Assembly: GCA_964518375.1 (NCBI GenBank) | Contig: CAZFFH010000006.1 | Coordinates: 1-32,414, forward strand | From: an uncultured Actinomycetota bacterium | GTDB lineage: Bacteria; Actinomycetota; Humimicrobiia; Humimicrobiales; Humimicrobiaceae | Length of the DNA stretch: 32,414 bases | Direction of reading: 5' to 3' | In this document: positions 1 through 9,242 of the stretch, piece by piece | How positions within the stretch are numbered: the stretch's first letter is position 1 | Layout of the letters: each line of letters opens with the position of its first letter | Program-made: the position numbers and the translations under genes | Notes under the pieces: generated by a model | What the model was told of the DNA's origin: nothing | What the model saw: only the letters and a program-made list of their open reading frames with translations | The model's database searches: none

Positions 1-777
1 CGAGACATCTGATGTATACGTCTCAGAATAAAGCCTTTTTGTAATTCCTTTAAACAATGGACTAACAGCTACAAGAAAATCTTCTGATGGTAGGCCTTGC
101 CACTGCTCATGCCACATTGCCTTATGGCCTGCAGCACAACGGCTTCTTTTAATTTTGCCGGGAACCGTATTACCAGTTAGAAGTGCAGGTATCCAGTCTG
201 CAAGTTCTACCCAGGAATAGGCATTCTCTCTTACCCCTTTATCTTCTTTTAAAATGTGAAGTATTTTTGCGAATAACCACTCAGATGAATATACGCCTCC
301 AGAATATTTTGTATAATCTATGCCACCCCAGGTTTTTGCTGTCTTATTTATTAGCTCTGCTTCATCTACTGCACTGTGATCTTTCCAAAGTACAAACATG
401 GCATTTGGATTGTCTTTGAATTCTTTTTTTAATGAAAGTACCTTTCCATCCGCATCTACCGGTGCCGGGGTTGATCCTGTAGTATCAATACCTATAGCTA
501 TCACATTATTGCCGGTGCCGGCGGGCATTTTTTCAAGAGATGTGTTTATTGCTTCCTGCAGCGATTCTATATAATCGAGCGGATGGTGCCTGAATATATT
601 CCTTGAAGCATCCTGGTAGCTGCCCTGCCCCCATCTTTTATAATATGAGACATGGGTGGCTTCTTCTTTTCCAGTATTGACATTAACCACAAGGGCCCTT
701 ACGGAATCTGTTCCAAAATCAAGACTTATTACATATTTCTTATTATTTATTTTTTTATTATTAATTGTTGCAAGCAT
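1..777 (-). CDS. araB: L-ribulokinase-like FGGY carbohydrate kinase, N-terminal 259 codons only (the gene runs off the left edge)
   Basis: Absent from the ORF track because it is open at the window edge. My translation of the minus strand from the ATG at 775-777 reads MLATINNKKINNKKYVISLDFGTDSVRALVVNVNTGKEEATHVSYYKRWGQGSYQDASRNIFRHHPLDYIESLQEAINTSLEKMPAGTGNNVIAIGIDTTGSTPAPVDADGKVLSLKKE... The blocks DFGTDSVRA, FRHHP-DYIES and GIDTTGSTPAPVDADG match what I recall of E. coli AraB. An SD (GAAAGGA) lies 6 nt upstream of the ATG. Confidence 0.85.
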   Translation of the reverse strand, partial: MLATINNKKINNKKYVISLDFGTDSVRALVVNVNTGKEEATHVSYYKRWGQGSYQDASRNIFRHHPLDYIESLQEAINTSLEKMPAGTGNNVIAIGIDTTGSTPAPVDADGKVLSLKKEFKDNPNAMFVLWKDHSAVDEAELINKTAKTWGGIDYTKYSGGVYSSEWLFAKILHILKEDKGVRENAYSWVELADWIPALLTGNTVPGKIKRSRCAAGHKAMWHEQWQGLPSEDFLVAVSPLFKGITKRLYSETYTSDVS

Positions 778-802
778 TAAAAATCCTTTCAAGATCTAAT
801 TG

Positions 803-1753
803 TTACAAGCTTAAGACTTCTTCTTCCCTTTCCCTGAAATATTCAACCGAATCCTTCACCAGGCTATCAAGCTTTAAAGGGTCGGGACTTCCATACATTG
901 CAGGATACGGGTCACCTCCCGGACCAAGAGGTTCGGGTGATAAAAAACATCTGTCATCATTATTATAGCCTATAACATACAAAGCCATAATTATGGTATC
1001 CAGGTCAAAAAACCCATCTCCTAAAGCACCCCTGTTCGTATCTGCCATGTGAAGATTTGTAAGAATGCCTTCAGCATTCACTATGGCCTCACCAATATGG
1101 GATTCTTCTACAAGCATATGGTAAAGGTCACCGTTTATATGTTGAATACCCTGTGAGCCAACTGCCTTTATATATTTTTTTGCATCTTTAAAAGTATGGC
1201 AGAAACTTACCTCTGCCGATCTGATCGGTTCTACCGCACCTCTTATGCCTGTTTTAACAAAAAGATTTTCTACAATTTTTAGTGTCTCTACCGACCTATG
1301 AAACTCCATATTGTCATACGGGGTAGGCCTGCCTACGGCCCCGGGCACTACAAGAAAATAATGTGCACCGACTTGAGCTCCGAAATCAACATTTCTTTTT
1401 ATATAATCAATAGCATTCTGCCTGATTATGGGCCTGTTTGCAGACATGTCATTATCTGCCGAAAACATTCCACAGATACCCGATACGGAAATACCTTGGC
1501 TATTTATAATCTTTTTTGCTTCTTCAGGTTTATAACCCAGGTCTTCTCCATACAAATTACCATGCAGCTCAATATATTTGACTCCAAACTTATTGAGCCT
1601 TTTTACAGTAGTCTCAAGACCTTCAATTCCAAAACCCCAATTGGACCATGAAAATTTCAACCTGTTTTTAAAACTTTCAGGTTTTTTATTTTTCATCTCC
1701 AGAAATCTTTCTCTGATTTTTTGGTTTTTGATCTCATAATTTTGCGGTTTCAT
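803..1753 (-). CDS. Sugar (phosphate) isomerase/epimerase, xylose-isomerase-like TIM barrel family
   Basis: ORF track 803-1759. The overall pattern (IELHG..., HYFLVVPG, VEPI, HMADTNR) is typical of the AP-endonuclease-2 / xylose isomerase-like TIM barrel fold. I place the start at the ATG at 1751-1753 (MKPQNY...) because the SD GGAAGGAAAG abuts the track's GTG. Confidence 0.75.
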   Translation of the reverse strand: MKPQNYEIKNQKIRERFLEMKNKKPESFKNRLKFSWSNWGFGIEGLETTVKRLNKFGVKYIELHGNLYGEDLGYKPEEAKKIINSQGISVSGICGMFSADNDMSANRPIIRQNAIDYIKRNVDFGAQVGAHYFLVVPGAVGRPTPYDNMEFHRSVETLKIVENLFVKTGIRGAVEPIRSAEVSFCHTFKDAKKYIKAVGSQGIQHINGDLYHMLVEESHIGEAIVNAEGILTNLHMADTNRGALGDGFFDLDTIIMALYVIGYNNDDRCFLSPEPLGPGGDPYPAMYGSPDPLKLDSLVKDSVEYFREREEEVLSL

Positions 1754-1808
1754 TGCCACTTTCCTTCCTAAGATTTACATAATTAAGGTTAATTTTTATC
1801 AAACCATA

Positions 1809-3023
1809 TTATTTTTCCGGCATATTGGGATTACAATCGGGCCCAAAGTGCTTAAGTATTACTATTGGCTCCTGTCCGGTGTTTTCTATGGTCACACCTT
1901 TTATTGCTGCAGGATAAGGAACAAAGAACTCATCGCGGGTGGTGTCACCAAACCTTATCATATTGGGACTTTCAAAAGGTACCTCATTTATCTTTCCGTG
2001 CCCCTGAACTGTGATGAAACCATATGCACCGGTATCTTTTATGGTTACTTTAGCCCCGGAATATACTGTCAGCTCTTTTGCACTAAATACTTCTTCTCCA
2101 TGGACTTTTCCGTACACAACCCATCTCTCTATATATCCTTTAGATTTGGTATCGCCTATCGGGATGGGTTTTAGATGGAACTTCTGTTTGAAATTAGGAT
2201 CCACATTAAGTTCCCAGTCGATAATATCAATTATATAGTCAATATCATCCTTATATTCTTCCGGGACATCTTTTACAAGAAGTGACCTGTCTATTGGCTT
2301 GTTTGCTACAAGTGACTGATACATCCCATATACGTCTGATGCCCATTGAGGTTCATAAGAGCAAAGTGAGCCTGGTGCATGCAGTATTCCGGGGGGCAGG
2401 AGCCATCCTGTTTCAACCTCAAGCCTGTAAGCCTTTGACAGGTTTGTTATCTTATTATCACCTTTTTCAAAATTTATAAGACATTGCCTTACCTGCTCTT
2501 TGGTTGTCCCCGGCTCAAGGCCAAAGAATGTATATGGAAAATTATTTTCTGCAAAATTTACCTGGGGTGCAAAATAATAGGCTTCGGGTTTTCCCTCCAT
2601 CCCTACGTTTTTTGCATGTACTTTGCCAAGATGTATATGATGAGGAAGAGCATCCATATTATCAAAAAACTTTGAAAATACTTTAAGGCCTCCCCATTTA
2701 TTCATCACTTTGTCACTAAGTATATCTGTGCCAAGCTCTGAAATAATATCTTTAAAGAGCATCTTCTGGCCATCACAATATACGTAGCTTAGACCCTCGT
2801 CAGGGGGTGTGCCCGGACCGTTATCTGCAGGGCAAGTAGATGCAAACCACCTTTCATCAATTCCTCCTCTATTTGTACCAAGTGCATACAGATCATCGAC
2901 ATGTAGTTTAAGCCTTCTGCCCGGAATGCAAAATACGCGAGGTACCCATGCCGGTAGCAGATGCAGCAGACCCTTGTATGATTCAAGAGCTTTTTTTGTG
3001 AATTCTTTTAATTTGTCCGACAT
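1809..3023 (-). CDS. Cupin-fold, class I phosphomannose-isomerase-like sugar isomerase; substrate unknown
   Basis: 404-aa ORF with SD AAGGAG upstream. It has PMI-type metal-ligand-like blocks in the right order: LPHHIHLGK, GKPEAYYF, GILHAPGS. The family assignment is by recollection only. Confidence 0.5.
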   Translation of the reverse strand: MSDKLKEFTKKALESYKGLLHLLPAWVPRVFCIPGRRLKLHVDDLYALGTNRGGIDERWFASTCPADNGPGTPPDEGLSYVYCDGQKMLFKDIISELGTDILSDKVMNKWGGLKVFSKFFDNMDALPHHIHLGKVHAKNVGMEGKPEAYYFAPQVNFAENNFPYTFFGLEPGTTKEQVRQCLINFEKGDNKITNLSKAYRLEVETGWLLPPGILHAPGSLCSYEPQWASDVYGMYQSLVANKPIDRSLLVKDVPEEYKDDIDYIIDIIDWELNVDPNFKQKFHLKPIPIGDTKSKGYIERWVVYGKVHGEEVFSAKELTVYSGAKVTIKDTGAYGFITVQGHGKINEVPFESPNMIRFGDTTRDEFFVPYPAAIKGVTIENTGQEPIVILKHFGPDCNPNMPEK

Positions 3024-3068
3024 TTCATTTCTCCTTTTGATATTTTATTTTCAATTTAATTTATTTAA

Positions 3069-4352
3069 CTACTTACCTGTTTTATCAATAATATTGTTCA
3101 ATTTTTCCCTATAATACTTGAATTCTTTCCATGGAACTTCAGGTGGGATGAAATGATCCCCAAATGGAATAAAACCACCCTGTTTTATGGCCCACTCTAT
3201 TGGTTCTAAAAATTCATCAATCCTTTTTTTACCAAGTGCTATTTCTGATTTAGGGATCCCACCCATTATCTGCAATTCAGGATATCTTTTTCTCACCTTT
3301 ACTATGTCCATACCGGCAGATACTTCCATCGGATAGAGACCTGTGACACCGGTTTCCAGGAAAAGGGGTATTAATTCATTACAATCACCATCAGTGTCTA
3401 CAAATATGATTTTAACACCTTTGCTCTTCATAAAACCGCAAATTTTCTTATAATATGGCGATAAAAATTCTTTAAAGGTTGCCGGTGAAATCATTGAACC
3501 TTTGCCCGAAGAAACATCTTCCCAAATGTTGCATAAATCTATTTCAACCTTAGCCAATATTTCTTCCCACAAAGCAAGCCATACATCAGTTAACCGATCA
3601 AGGATATCTTTAATAAGATCGGGGTGGTCATAATAAAAAAAGAACAGATTTTCATAACCAATGAGATGTGTCAGACTGCCAAAAAGTCCATTCGGGTAAC
3701 CACCAAGTGCAAGAGGGTAGTCCCTATTCTTGTACTCAGCCACAAGCTCATCCCAATTTTTCGGAAGCCTTTCTTTTATATTATCTAATCTAATCCTTTC
3801 TTCTTTTAGCTTGTTCCAGCTATTCCAGTCCTTAACTATCCAATCCAGTCCTCCAGGTAAAACTTGTTGGGATTTTGAGTATCTCCTTGTGGCACCATCA
3901 ATATCGATATAATCAATATATTTTTCATCTTCACGTAAAAATTTGATTTTAAAATTAGGACAGACAAACTGTTCGGCACATACTACCTGTTGGCAAGAAT
4001 CGAATTGAAAATATTCTTTGACATCCTTATCCAGCGGAAATCCCTGAGTCGGCCAGTACAGGCCGCCTGACATTAATGCTATACCTTTAGGCAGCTTTAT
4101 TTCTGTTTCAGGCTCATTATATATTTTTTCAAATAGTGTCCTGCTTTTTTGCCATGTGCGTGTCCATATTGCAGTATAGAGGGAGGCTGTAGTGTTTATA
4201 ATATTAGTTGGAATTTTCGGGTAATTTTTTTTATTTAACCCTTCATCATACCATCTTTCAATTGTCGCTCCCCATATTCCAAACTCCCACTTGTTAGGGC
4301 CGACTTTTTTGTTAAACCTCATTGTTTCTAAAAAGATCTCCCTTGAATTCAT
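3069..4352 (-). CDS. Uroporphyrinogen-decarboxylase (URO-D) family protein, non-tetrapyrrole context
   Basis: 427-aa ORF. Its C-terminal half (IFVDTDGDCNELIPLFLETGVTGLYPMEV, IMGGIP, FGDHFIPPEVPWKEF) resembles the URO-D / MtaA-like TIM barrel family. The SD AAGGAGG sits inside the 3' end of the preceding LacI gene, and the stop and start codons are directly adjacent (4353/4352). Confidence 0.55.
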   Translation of the reverse strand: MNSREIFLETMRFNKKVGPNKWEFGIWGATIERWYDEGLNKKNYPKIPTNIINTTASLYTAIWTRTWQKSRTLFEKIYNEPETEIKLPKGIALMSGGLYWPTQGFPLDKDVKEYFQFDSCQQVVCAEQFVCPNFKIKFLREDEKYIDYIDIDGATRRYSKSQQVLPGGLDWIVKDWNSWNKLKEERIRLDNIKERLPKNWDELVAEYKNRDYPLALGGYPNGLFGSLTHLIGYENLFFFYYDHPDLIKDILDRLTDVWLALWEEILAKVEIDLCNIWEDVSSGKGSMISPATFKEFLSPYYKKICGFMKSKGVKIIFVDTDGDCNELIPLFLETGVTGLYPMEVSAGMDIVKVRKRYPELQIMGGIPKSEIALGKKRIDEFLEPIEWAIKQGGFIPFGDHFIPPEVPWKEFKYYREKLNNIIDKTGK

Positions 4353-5378
4353 CTATAACCTCCTTACTGAGTCTCTTCGGACTATTTTAGGGTCCAATAC
4401 CAGTTTCTTATTTTCAAAATCACCTGTTTCAAACTTATAAATCAAATTTGCAGCAACTTTTCTGCCGATTTCATGCATGTCGTGGTGTATTGTAGAAAGC
4501 CGTGGAAAAACTAGATTTGAGTAGATCATGTTATCATAACCCATTATTGAAATATCTTCAGGAATTTTTATTTTCTTTTCCTGCAATGATCGCATAAGGG
4601 TAATAGCAATTGTATCTGAAGTATTAAAAACAAAAGTGACTTTACTCTTAATTACGTCTTCAATACTATCCATTACGCTTGATTCAATTTTATTAAACTC
4701 CAGGGGGATATCTATTATAAAAGATGCTCCTAATCCTGCTTTTTTTAAAATACTTAAAAACCCTTTTACTCTCTGGTTAAATATATGCGCAGATCTATTA
4801 TAAGAAATAATTCCAATTTTATTATGATTATTTTCGCGGGCATAATCCGCTGCAATTTTTCCCCCCAGAAAATCATTACTTGATACAAAAGGGGTATCCA
4901 TATCTGGTATAATCCTGTCTACCATTATACATGGTATATTTCTTTCCAGCATCTCTAAAATAAAAATCTTATCATTTTTATTTCCATACACGGATGAAAA
5001 AATGACACCGTCTATAAATCTGTTATCTATTATCTTCGCTATTTCACGTTCTCTTTCAAGTGATTCCCTGAAATTGAAAATATTTAAACAATAACCTCTT
5101 TTTGATAGCTCGTATTCTGTACCATTAATCAGGTCCATAAAAGGCGGTTCTTTAAAACTTGGTAAGAGCAATGCTATCGTCTTGGTCTTTTTTGTTGTTA
5201 TTGCGCTTGCTATTTTGGATGGCTCATAGCTATATTTGTCACATATTTGCAGAATCCTGTTTCTGGTTTCTTCCTTAACCAGATATGGTTTATTAAAAAA
5301 TCTGGATATTGTCGCAACCGAAACCCTTGCTTCCTTAGCTATGCTGTAAATAGTCGCTTTTTCCATTTTTTCAGTCAT
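4353..5378 (-). CDS. LacI-family transcriptional regulator
   Basis: N-terminal HTH ATIYSIAKEARVSVATISRFFN, followed by a periplasmic-binding-protein-like sugar-sensor domain. The ORF track starts at a TTG at 5408. I prefer the ATG at 5376-5378 (MTEKMEKATIY...), but the start is uncertain by about 30 nt. Confidence 0.85.
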   Translation of the reverse strand: MTEKMEKATIYSIAKEARVSVATISRFFNKPYLVKEETRNRILQICDKYSYEPSKIASAITTKKTKTIALLLPSFKEPPFMDLINGTEYELSKRGYCLNIFNFRESLEREREIAKIIDNRFIDGVIFSSVYGNKNDKIFILEMLERNIPCIMVDRIIPDMDTPFVSSNDFLGGKIAADYARENNHNKIGIISYNRSAHIFNQRVKGFLSILKKAGLGASFIIDIPLEFNKIESSVMDSIEDVIKSKVTFVFNTSDTIAITLMRSLQEKKIKIPEDISIMGYDNMIYSNLVFPRLSTIHHDMHEIGRKVAANLIYKFETGDFENKKLVLDPKIVRRDSVRRL

Positions 5379-5413
5379 TTTAAAATTATTCCTACCCGAA
5401 TCTGGCAATTACT

Positions 5414-6805
5414 TTAAACCGGGATAACGGGTTTGATATCAAGTATCTCACAGGTTTTTATCAGTTCATTCTTATAATCCCCCATTACAACGTGAACATG
5501 ATTTGCCCTCAAGCAGCTAATAAAGCCATCTTGGCTGCAGTCAAGCTTTACAAATACATGCGGTTGCTGGGAATTTGTCTCATTTATCTTTTCAAGGGGC
5601 ATATTAAGCGCACTGCCAGTAGCAATCAGCATTACATATTCCCTGTTGACCCTTGAAAGTCTTGCAATTGTTACCTTGCCGGGTTTTCCCACATATCTTG
5701 GGCAGGCGCCTCCAATTTTCCAGTCAAATTCCCTTAACCCTTCTGTTACCCATACGACATCCTTTCTTGACTTTGCAAAATCTGTAGGCTGGGAACCGCA
5801 ATTGCACATCCTTACCATATTCTCATCGTAATCATAATACAATACATCAGTAAACATAGTTGTCGAACCTGTTATGTTGTTTAATATCTGCATAGTAAGG
5901 GCACCGTTCGCATCTGCTTCACAGGCAGATACCATGGAGCAACATTCACCAAATCCGTCATTTGAGCTGTCGTTTAATAAAGCATGTGCCACACAAAAAG
6001 TTGTAAAACATGAAGGCATTTCCGGAAGACACTTGACGGAGACAAAATCATAATTCTTTTCTTTTATAATTTCCCTCAGAGCAAAATAAAGTTTGATCTG
6101 TGCAATCATAACCTCATTTTTTGCCTCAACTCCACCAAATTCTTCTTTCATCCATTTTAAAAACTTAATCGCTTCTTCGTCGGAATACTTTTCAGACCTT
6201 TTTATGACATCCACCTGTTCAAACCCGTCAACATCCACACCAAATCTTTTCATCCATTCTGAAGGATCTATTCTTGCGGTATACATTCCCATGCACCTTG
6301 ATCCGCCTTCACCATAGATCATTCCCCTTAATTTTGTTGCCCCGGCAATGCCGCTTATAAGCGTTTTCAATTCATTCAGAAGTCTTTTATCTTCAAAGTC
6401 GCCATAAACAAGATAATTTTTAATTCCTACTTCATCTAAAGCACCCCTGACTATTGAGCCGCCTACGATTCCAAAAGTCTGAATACTGGAGTCCGCCCAT
6501 ACTATTACAGGCACATCGGCTTTCATGGCAGCCATAATCGCTGTGCTAGAATACGTCCAAGTACCTACATATATGACCAGTACATGCACTCCTTTGCTCC
6601 TTAATTCTTCACCATGTTCTGTCATTTTTTCGGGTGTTCTGGCAATATCTCCGCAATCAAAAACCTCAAAACCTAATTTTCTAATAGCTTCTCTTGATTT
6701 AGGTAAGTAGCCCTCTACCCTTTTTACAAAACTTTCCGGCCAGGTCTCGTCTAAAGACATCGTAACGATCAAACCAACTTTTGTTTTTTTGTCCTTATAA
6801 AACAT
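5414..6805 (-). CDS. L-fucose / L-arabinose isomerase family protein (aldose-ketose isomerase, substrate unknown)
   Basis: 463-aa ORF with SD AAGAGG. Its size and layout match my recollection of the short FucI-like family: an N-terminal Rossmann-like KVGLIV...VLVIYVGTWTYSS and a C-terminal ...HVHVVMGDY. Confidence 0.6.
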   Translation of the reverse strand: MFYKDKKTKVGLIVTMSLDETWPESFVKRVEGYLPKSREAIRKLGFEVFDCGDIARTPEKMTEHGEELRSKGVHVLVIYVGTWTYSSTAIMAAMKADVPVIVWADSSIQTFGIVGGSIVRGALDEVGIKNYLVYGDFEDKRLLNELKTLISGIAGATKLRGMIYGEGGSRCMGMYTARIDPSEWMKRFGVDVDGFEQVDVIKRSEKYSDEEAIKFLKWMKEEFGGVEAKNEVMIAQIKLYFALREIIKEKNYDFVSVKCLPEMPSCFTTFCVAHALLNDSSNDGFGECCSMVSACEADANGALTMQILNNITGSTTMFTDVLYYDYDENMVRMCNCGSQPTDFAKSRKDVVWVTEGLREFDWKIGGACPRYVGKPGKVTIARLSRVNREYVMLIATGSALNMPLEKINETNSQQPHVFVKLDCSQDGFISCLRANHVHVVMGDYKNELIKTCEILDIKPVIPV

Positions 6806-6838
6806 TTTATACCTCTTAATTTCTCAAGTTTTAGAAAT

Positions 6839-6866
6839 ATATTAATCAAAATAATTTTTTTATCAA
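6839..6866 (-). promoter_or_regulatory. Candidate sigma-70 promoter, TTGATA-N16-TAATAT, for the isomerase-LacI-UROD-cupin-TIM-araB unit
   Basis: On the minus strand, TTGATA lies at 6861-6866 and TAATAT at 6839-6844, with a 16-nt spacer. It sits about 33 nt upstream of the ATG at 6805, and the SD lies in between. Confidence 0.4.
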
Positions 6867-7096
6867 GGTTTGTCATAAAAATAAATCAGCATATTTTCCA
6901 AACTAACCAATCTTATAAGATCATGAGTAAGACCGAAGCTCCAACACCAGGGACCTTTTAGCTTTGGTGTCAATAAATCTCTAAATACAATGCAGGCAAG
7001 TTCAAAAGTTTCAAGAGTTATCTTGTAATCTACAACTATCCACGGTTCTTTTATCTTAGCTATTTTACGATATGGTCATTAAAACAAATCTTAATA

Positions 7097-7127
7097 AAAT
7101 GGCCCAATAGTTATTATTGGGCCATTT
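7097..7127 (-). terminator. Intrinsic terminator after the ABC-transporter operon
   Basis: Perfect 13-bp inverted repeat AAATGGCCCAATA / TATTGGGCCATTT with a 5-nt loop, 52 nt downstream of the binding-protein stop codon. It is followed on the minus strand by the T-rich TATTAAGATTTGTTTT. Confidence 0.8.
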
Positions 7128-7178
7128 ATACACTACCTGTATTGTCATATTAACTTTATGTATGAGGGCATACAAAAA

Positions 7179-8225
7179 TTAATATTCTGCTCCCCATATC
7201 TCAATTGCTTTTGGCAAATATTCCGCAGCATTGCTTGCATCTACCGTAGGTGTCTCAAGATAGGTAAAGTATTCAACTTTTTCACCATTAAAAATCTTTC
7301 CCATAACTGACATTGAAAGCTCTGCATCAGAAATCGGGGACTGGAATATTGTAAACAGCATCCAGCCGTCTTTTACCATCTGGACAGCTTGCGTCTGACC
7401 ATCGCATCCGTTGGTAACTATCTTACCTGGTTCAACTCCTGCAGCCTTTAGTGCATTTACAACACCGATACCCATGCCGTCATTATGAGCATAGATCATC
7501 TGAAGTTCGTCCCCAAAGGTTGTTAACCAGTTTTCGGTAAGGGTCTGGCCTTTATCCGGTGACCAGTCTCCCGGTTGAAGATCAAGCATATTGAATTTGG
7601 CTTCAGCGCCAGCTTCCTTTAACGCGTCATTGAAACCATTTTCTCTGTCTATTGCTGCTCCATATCCTGCCATTCCGGTCATGTGGCAGTAATTAATAAT
7701 GTCATAGCCCATTTTTTCAACATATTTAACATATTCTGCACCCATCTGTTTGCCCTCAAGATAGCTGTTCGGGCCTGCAAACCCTTTTACTGAAGCAATT
7801 TCTGCAGGATCAGTTAATGTGTTTGATATGAGTATTGGTAAGTCCGGATACTCGCCATGCACTTTTTCAAGCACTGATACAATACCGGCAGCATCAGTAG
7901 GCATAACAAACAGCCCGTCCAAGCCCTGAGCCACAAGGTCCTCAACCTGATTAGCCTGAGTATTGATATCACCCTTTGCATCAGTCAATATCATTTCCCA
8001 GCCACGGGTTTCTACAGAAGCCTGTAAAGCCTTGGAAAATGGAAAACAGTATGGGCTGTCCTCAATAAATGGCATTGAATAACCGATTTTCATACCTGCT
8101 GCTGCAGCGGTTGTTACTTCTGCTGCTGTTGTTACTTCTGCTGCTGTTTGCTTGCAGCTTACCCCACCCATCAGTAAGGTGAAGGCAAAAGCCACAACCA
8201 GCAAACCTATTACTATTTTTTTCAT
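7179..8225 (-). CDS. Monosaccharide ABC transporter substrate-binding lipoprotein (RbsB-like, type I periplasmic binding fold)
   Basis: Signal peptide MKKIVIGLLVVAFAFTLLMGGVSC with a lipobox-like Cys, then a Thr/Ala linker and an RbsB-type fold. SD AAGGAGG upstream. Confidence 0.85.
   Translation of the reverse strand: MKKIVIGLLVVAFAFTLLMGGVSCKQTAAEVTTAAEVTTAAAAGMKIGYSMPFIEDSPYCFPFSKALQASVETRGWEMILTDAKGDINTQANQVEDLVAQGLDGLFVMPTDAAGIVSVLEKVHGEYPDLPILISNTLTDPAEIASVKGFAGPNSYLEGKQMGAEYVKYVEKMGYDIINYCHMTGMAGYGAAIDRENGFNDALKEAGAEAKFNMLDLQPGDWSPDKGQTLTENWLTTFGDELQMIYAHNDGMGIGVVNALKAAGVEPGKIVTNGCDGQTQAVQMVKDGWMLFTIFQSPISDAELSMSVMGKIFNGEKVEYFTYLETPTVDASNAAEYLPKAIEIWGAEY
8097..8150. repeat. 18-bp tandem repeat (2 near-identical units plus degenerate flanks) encoding the TAAEVT-TAAEVT-TAAAAG linker of the lipoprotein
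   Basis: GGTTGTTACTTCTGCTGC (8109-8126) is followed by TGTTGTTACTTCTGCTGC (8127-8144), a 17/18 match. In protein it reads CKQTAAEVTTAAEVTTAAAAGM. Confidence 0.8.
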
Positions 8226-8270
8226 TTCGTTTTTCCTCCTTAAGGATTTTTGTTTTTTTACATATTCATA

Positions 8271-9242
8271 CTACGCCCCTTTTTCCATCACCCCCTTTTC
8301 AATGTCCAGCTTTTTCCTTCGAGATGTTACTGCGTCAGTTACAACGACAAATAGTATGATAATGCCTCTTACTAAAAGCTGGTAATTAGTATCAACGTTA
8401 AACACAACCATTGCCCTTTCAATGAGACCAAGAATAATAACACCCTGAATGGTGCCGATAACACCGCCCTTGCCGCCGAAGAGGCTTGTACCACCCAGTA
8501 CCGCAGCTGCTATTACGGTCAGATTTGTGGTATCCCCAAATACCGCATTGCCCGTGTTTACTCTTGATGACAGTATTATACCGGAAACTGCAGCTGTAAA
8601 AGCACAGAATACAAAATAATACAGTGTATATAAATTAACATTTATTCCGGAAAGTCTTGCAGATAAAATATTTCCGCCGATGGCATAATCATTTCGTCCG
8701 AATTTTGTATATTTCAGTAAATACCACACAATTATAAATATTGCAATTAAATAGAATAGTGTAATATCGACACCAAAAACCTGGCCCTGCCCGATAAATT
8801 GATAGGCAGCGATTGTCCCCTTTACAGGTGAGCTTCCTGTTAATGCAAGACCGAAACCTTTAAATATTACCATAGTTCCAAGAGTAGCTATGAAAGCATT
8901 TATTCTGCCTTTAACGACAAGCAACCCGTTTATAACACCAACCATTGTCCCAGCAATAAGACCTATTAGAACTGATAAAAAAAGCCCCAGCGGTTTTTGC
9001 AGCATTATGGTAATAATACCTGTAAAAGCCATTACAGAACCAACGGAAAGATCAAATGATCCGCTTATTAGAAGCACAGTCATGCCTGCTGCCATTATTC
9101 CAATAATTGTCGCATGTTCAAGTATGCTTGCAAGACTTTTAACGGTAAAAAAACTCTTATCCTCAACTGACAAGGCAATAATCAGCACTATTATTATAAT
9201 TATTAATTTCTGGTCTATTATGAAATTAGTTATTTTTTTCAT
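8271..9242 (-). CDS. Sugar ABC transporter permease (RbsC-like, BPD_transp_2 type)
   Basis: 323-aa polytopic hydrophobic ORF. It overlaps the upstream permease by 4 nt (ATGA). Confidence 0.85.
   Translation of the reverse strand: MKKITNFIIDQKLIIIIIVLIIALSVEDKSFFTVKSLASILEHATIIGIMAAGMTVLLISGSFDLSVGSVMAFTGIITIMLQKPLGLFLSVLIGLIAGTMVGVINGLLVVKGRINAFIATLGTMVIFKGFGLALTGSSPVKGTIAAYQFIGQGQVFGVDITLFYLIAIFIIVWYLLKYTKFGRNDYAIGGNILSARLSGINVNLYTLYYFVFCAFTAAVSGIILSSRVNTGNAVFGDTTNLTVIAAAVLGGTSLFGGKGGVIGTIQGVIILGLIERAMVVFNVDTNYQLLVRGIIILFVVVTDAVTSRRKKLDIEKGVMEKGA

Noticed and set aside
6356-6369. cre-like sequence TGAAAACGCTTATA (minus-strand reading) inside the FucI-family gene
   Set aside because: It has one mismatch at a conserved C of the CcpA cre consensus, lies deep in coding sequence, and the host taxon is unknown. 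A chance match in a 32-kb window is likely.
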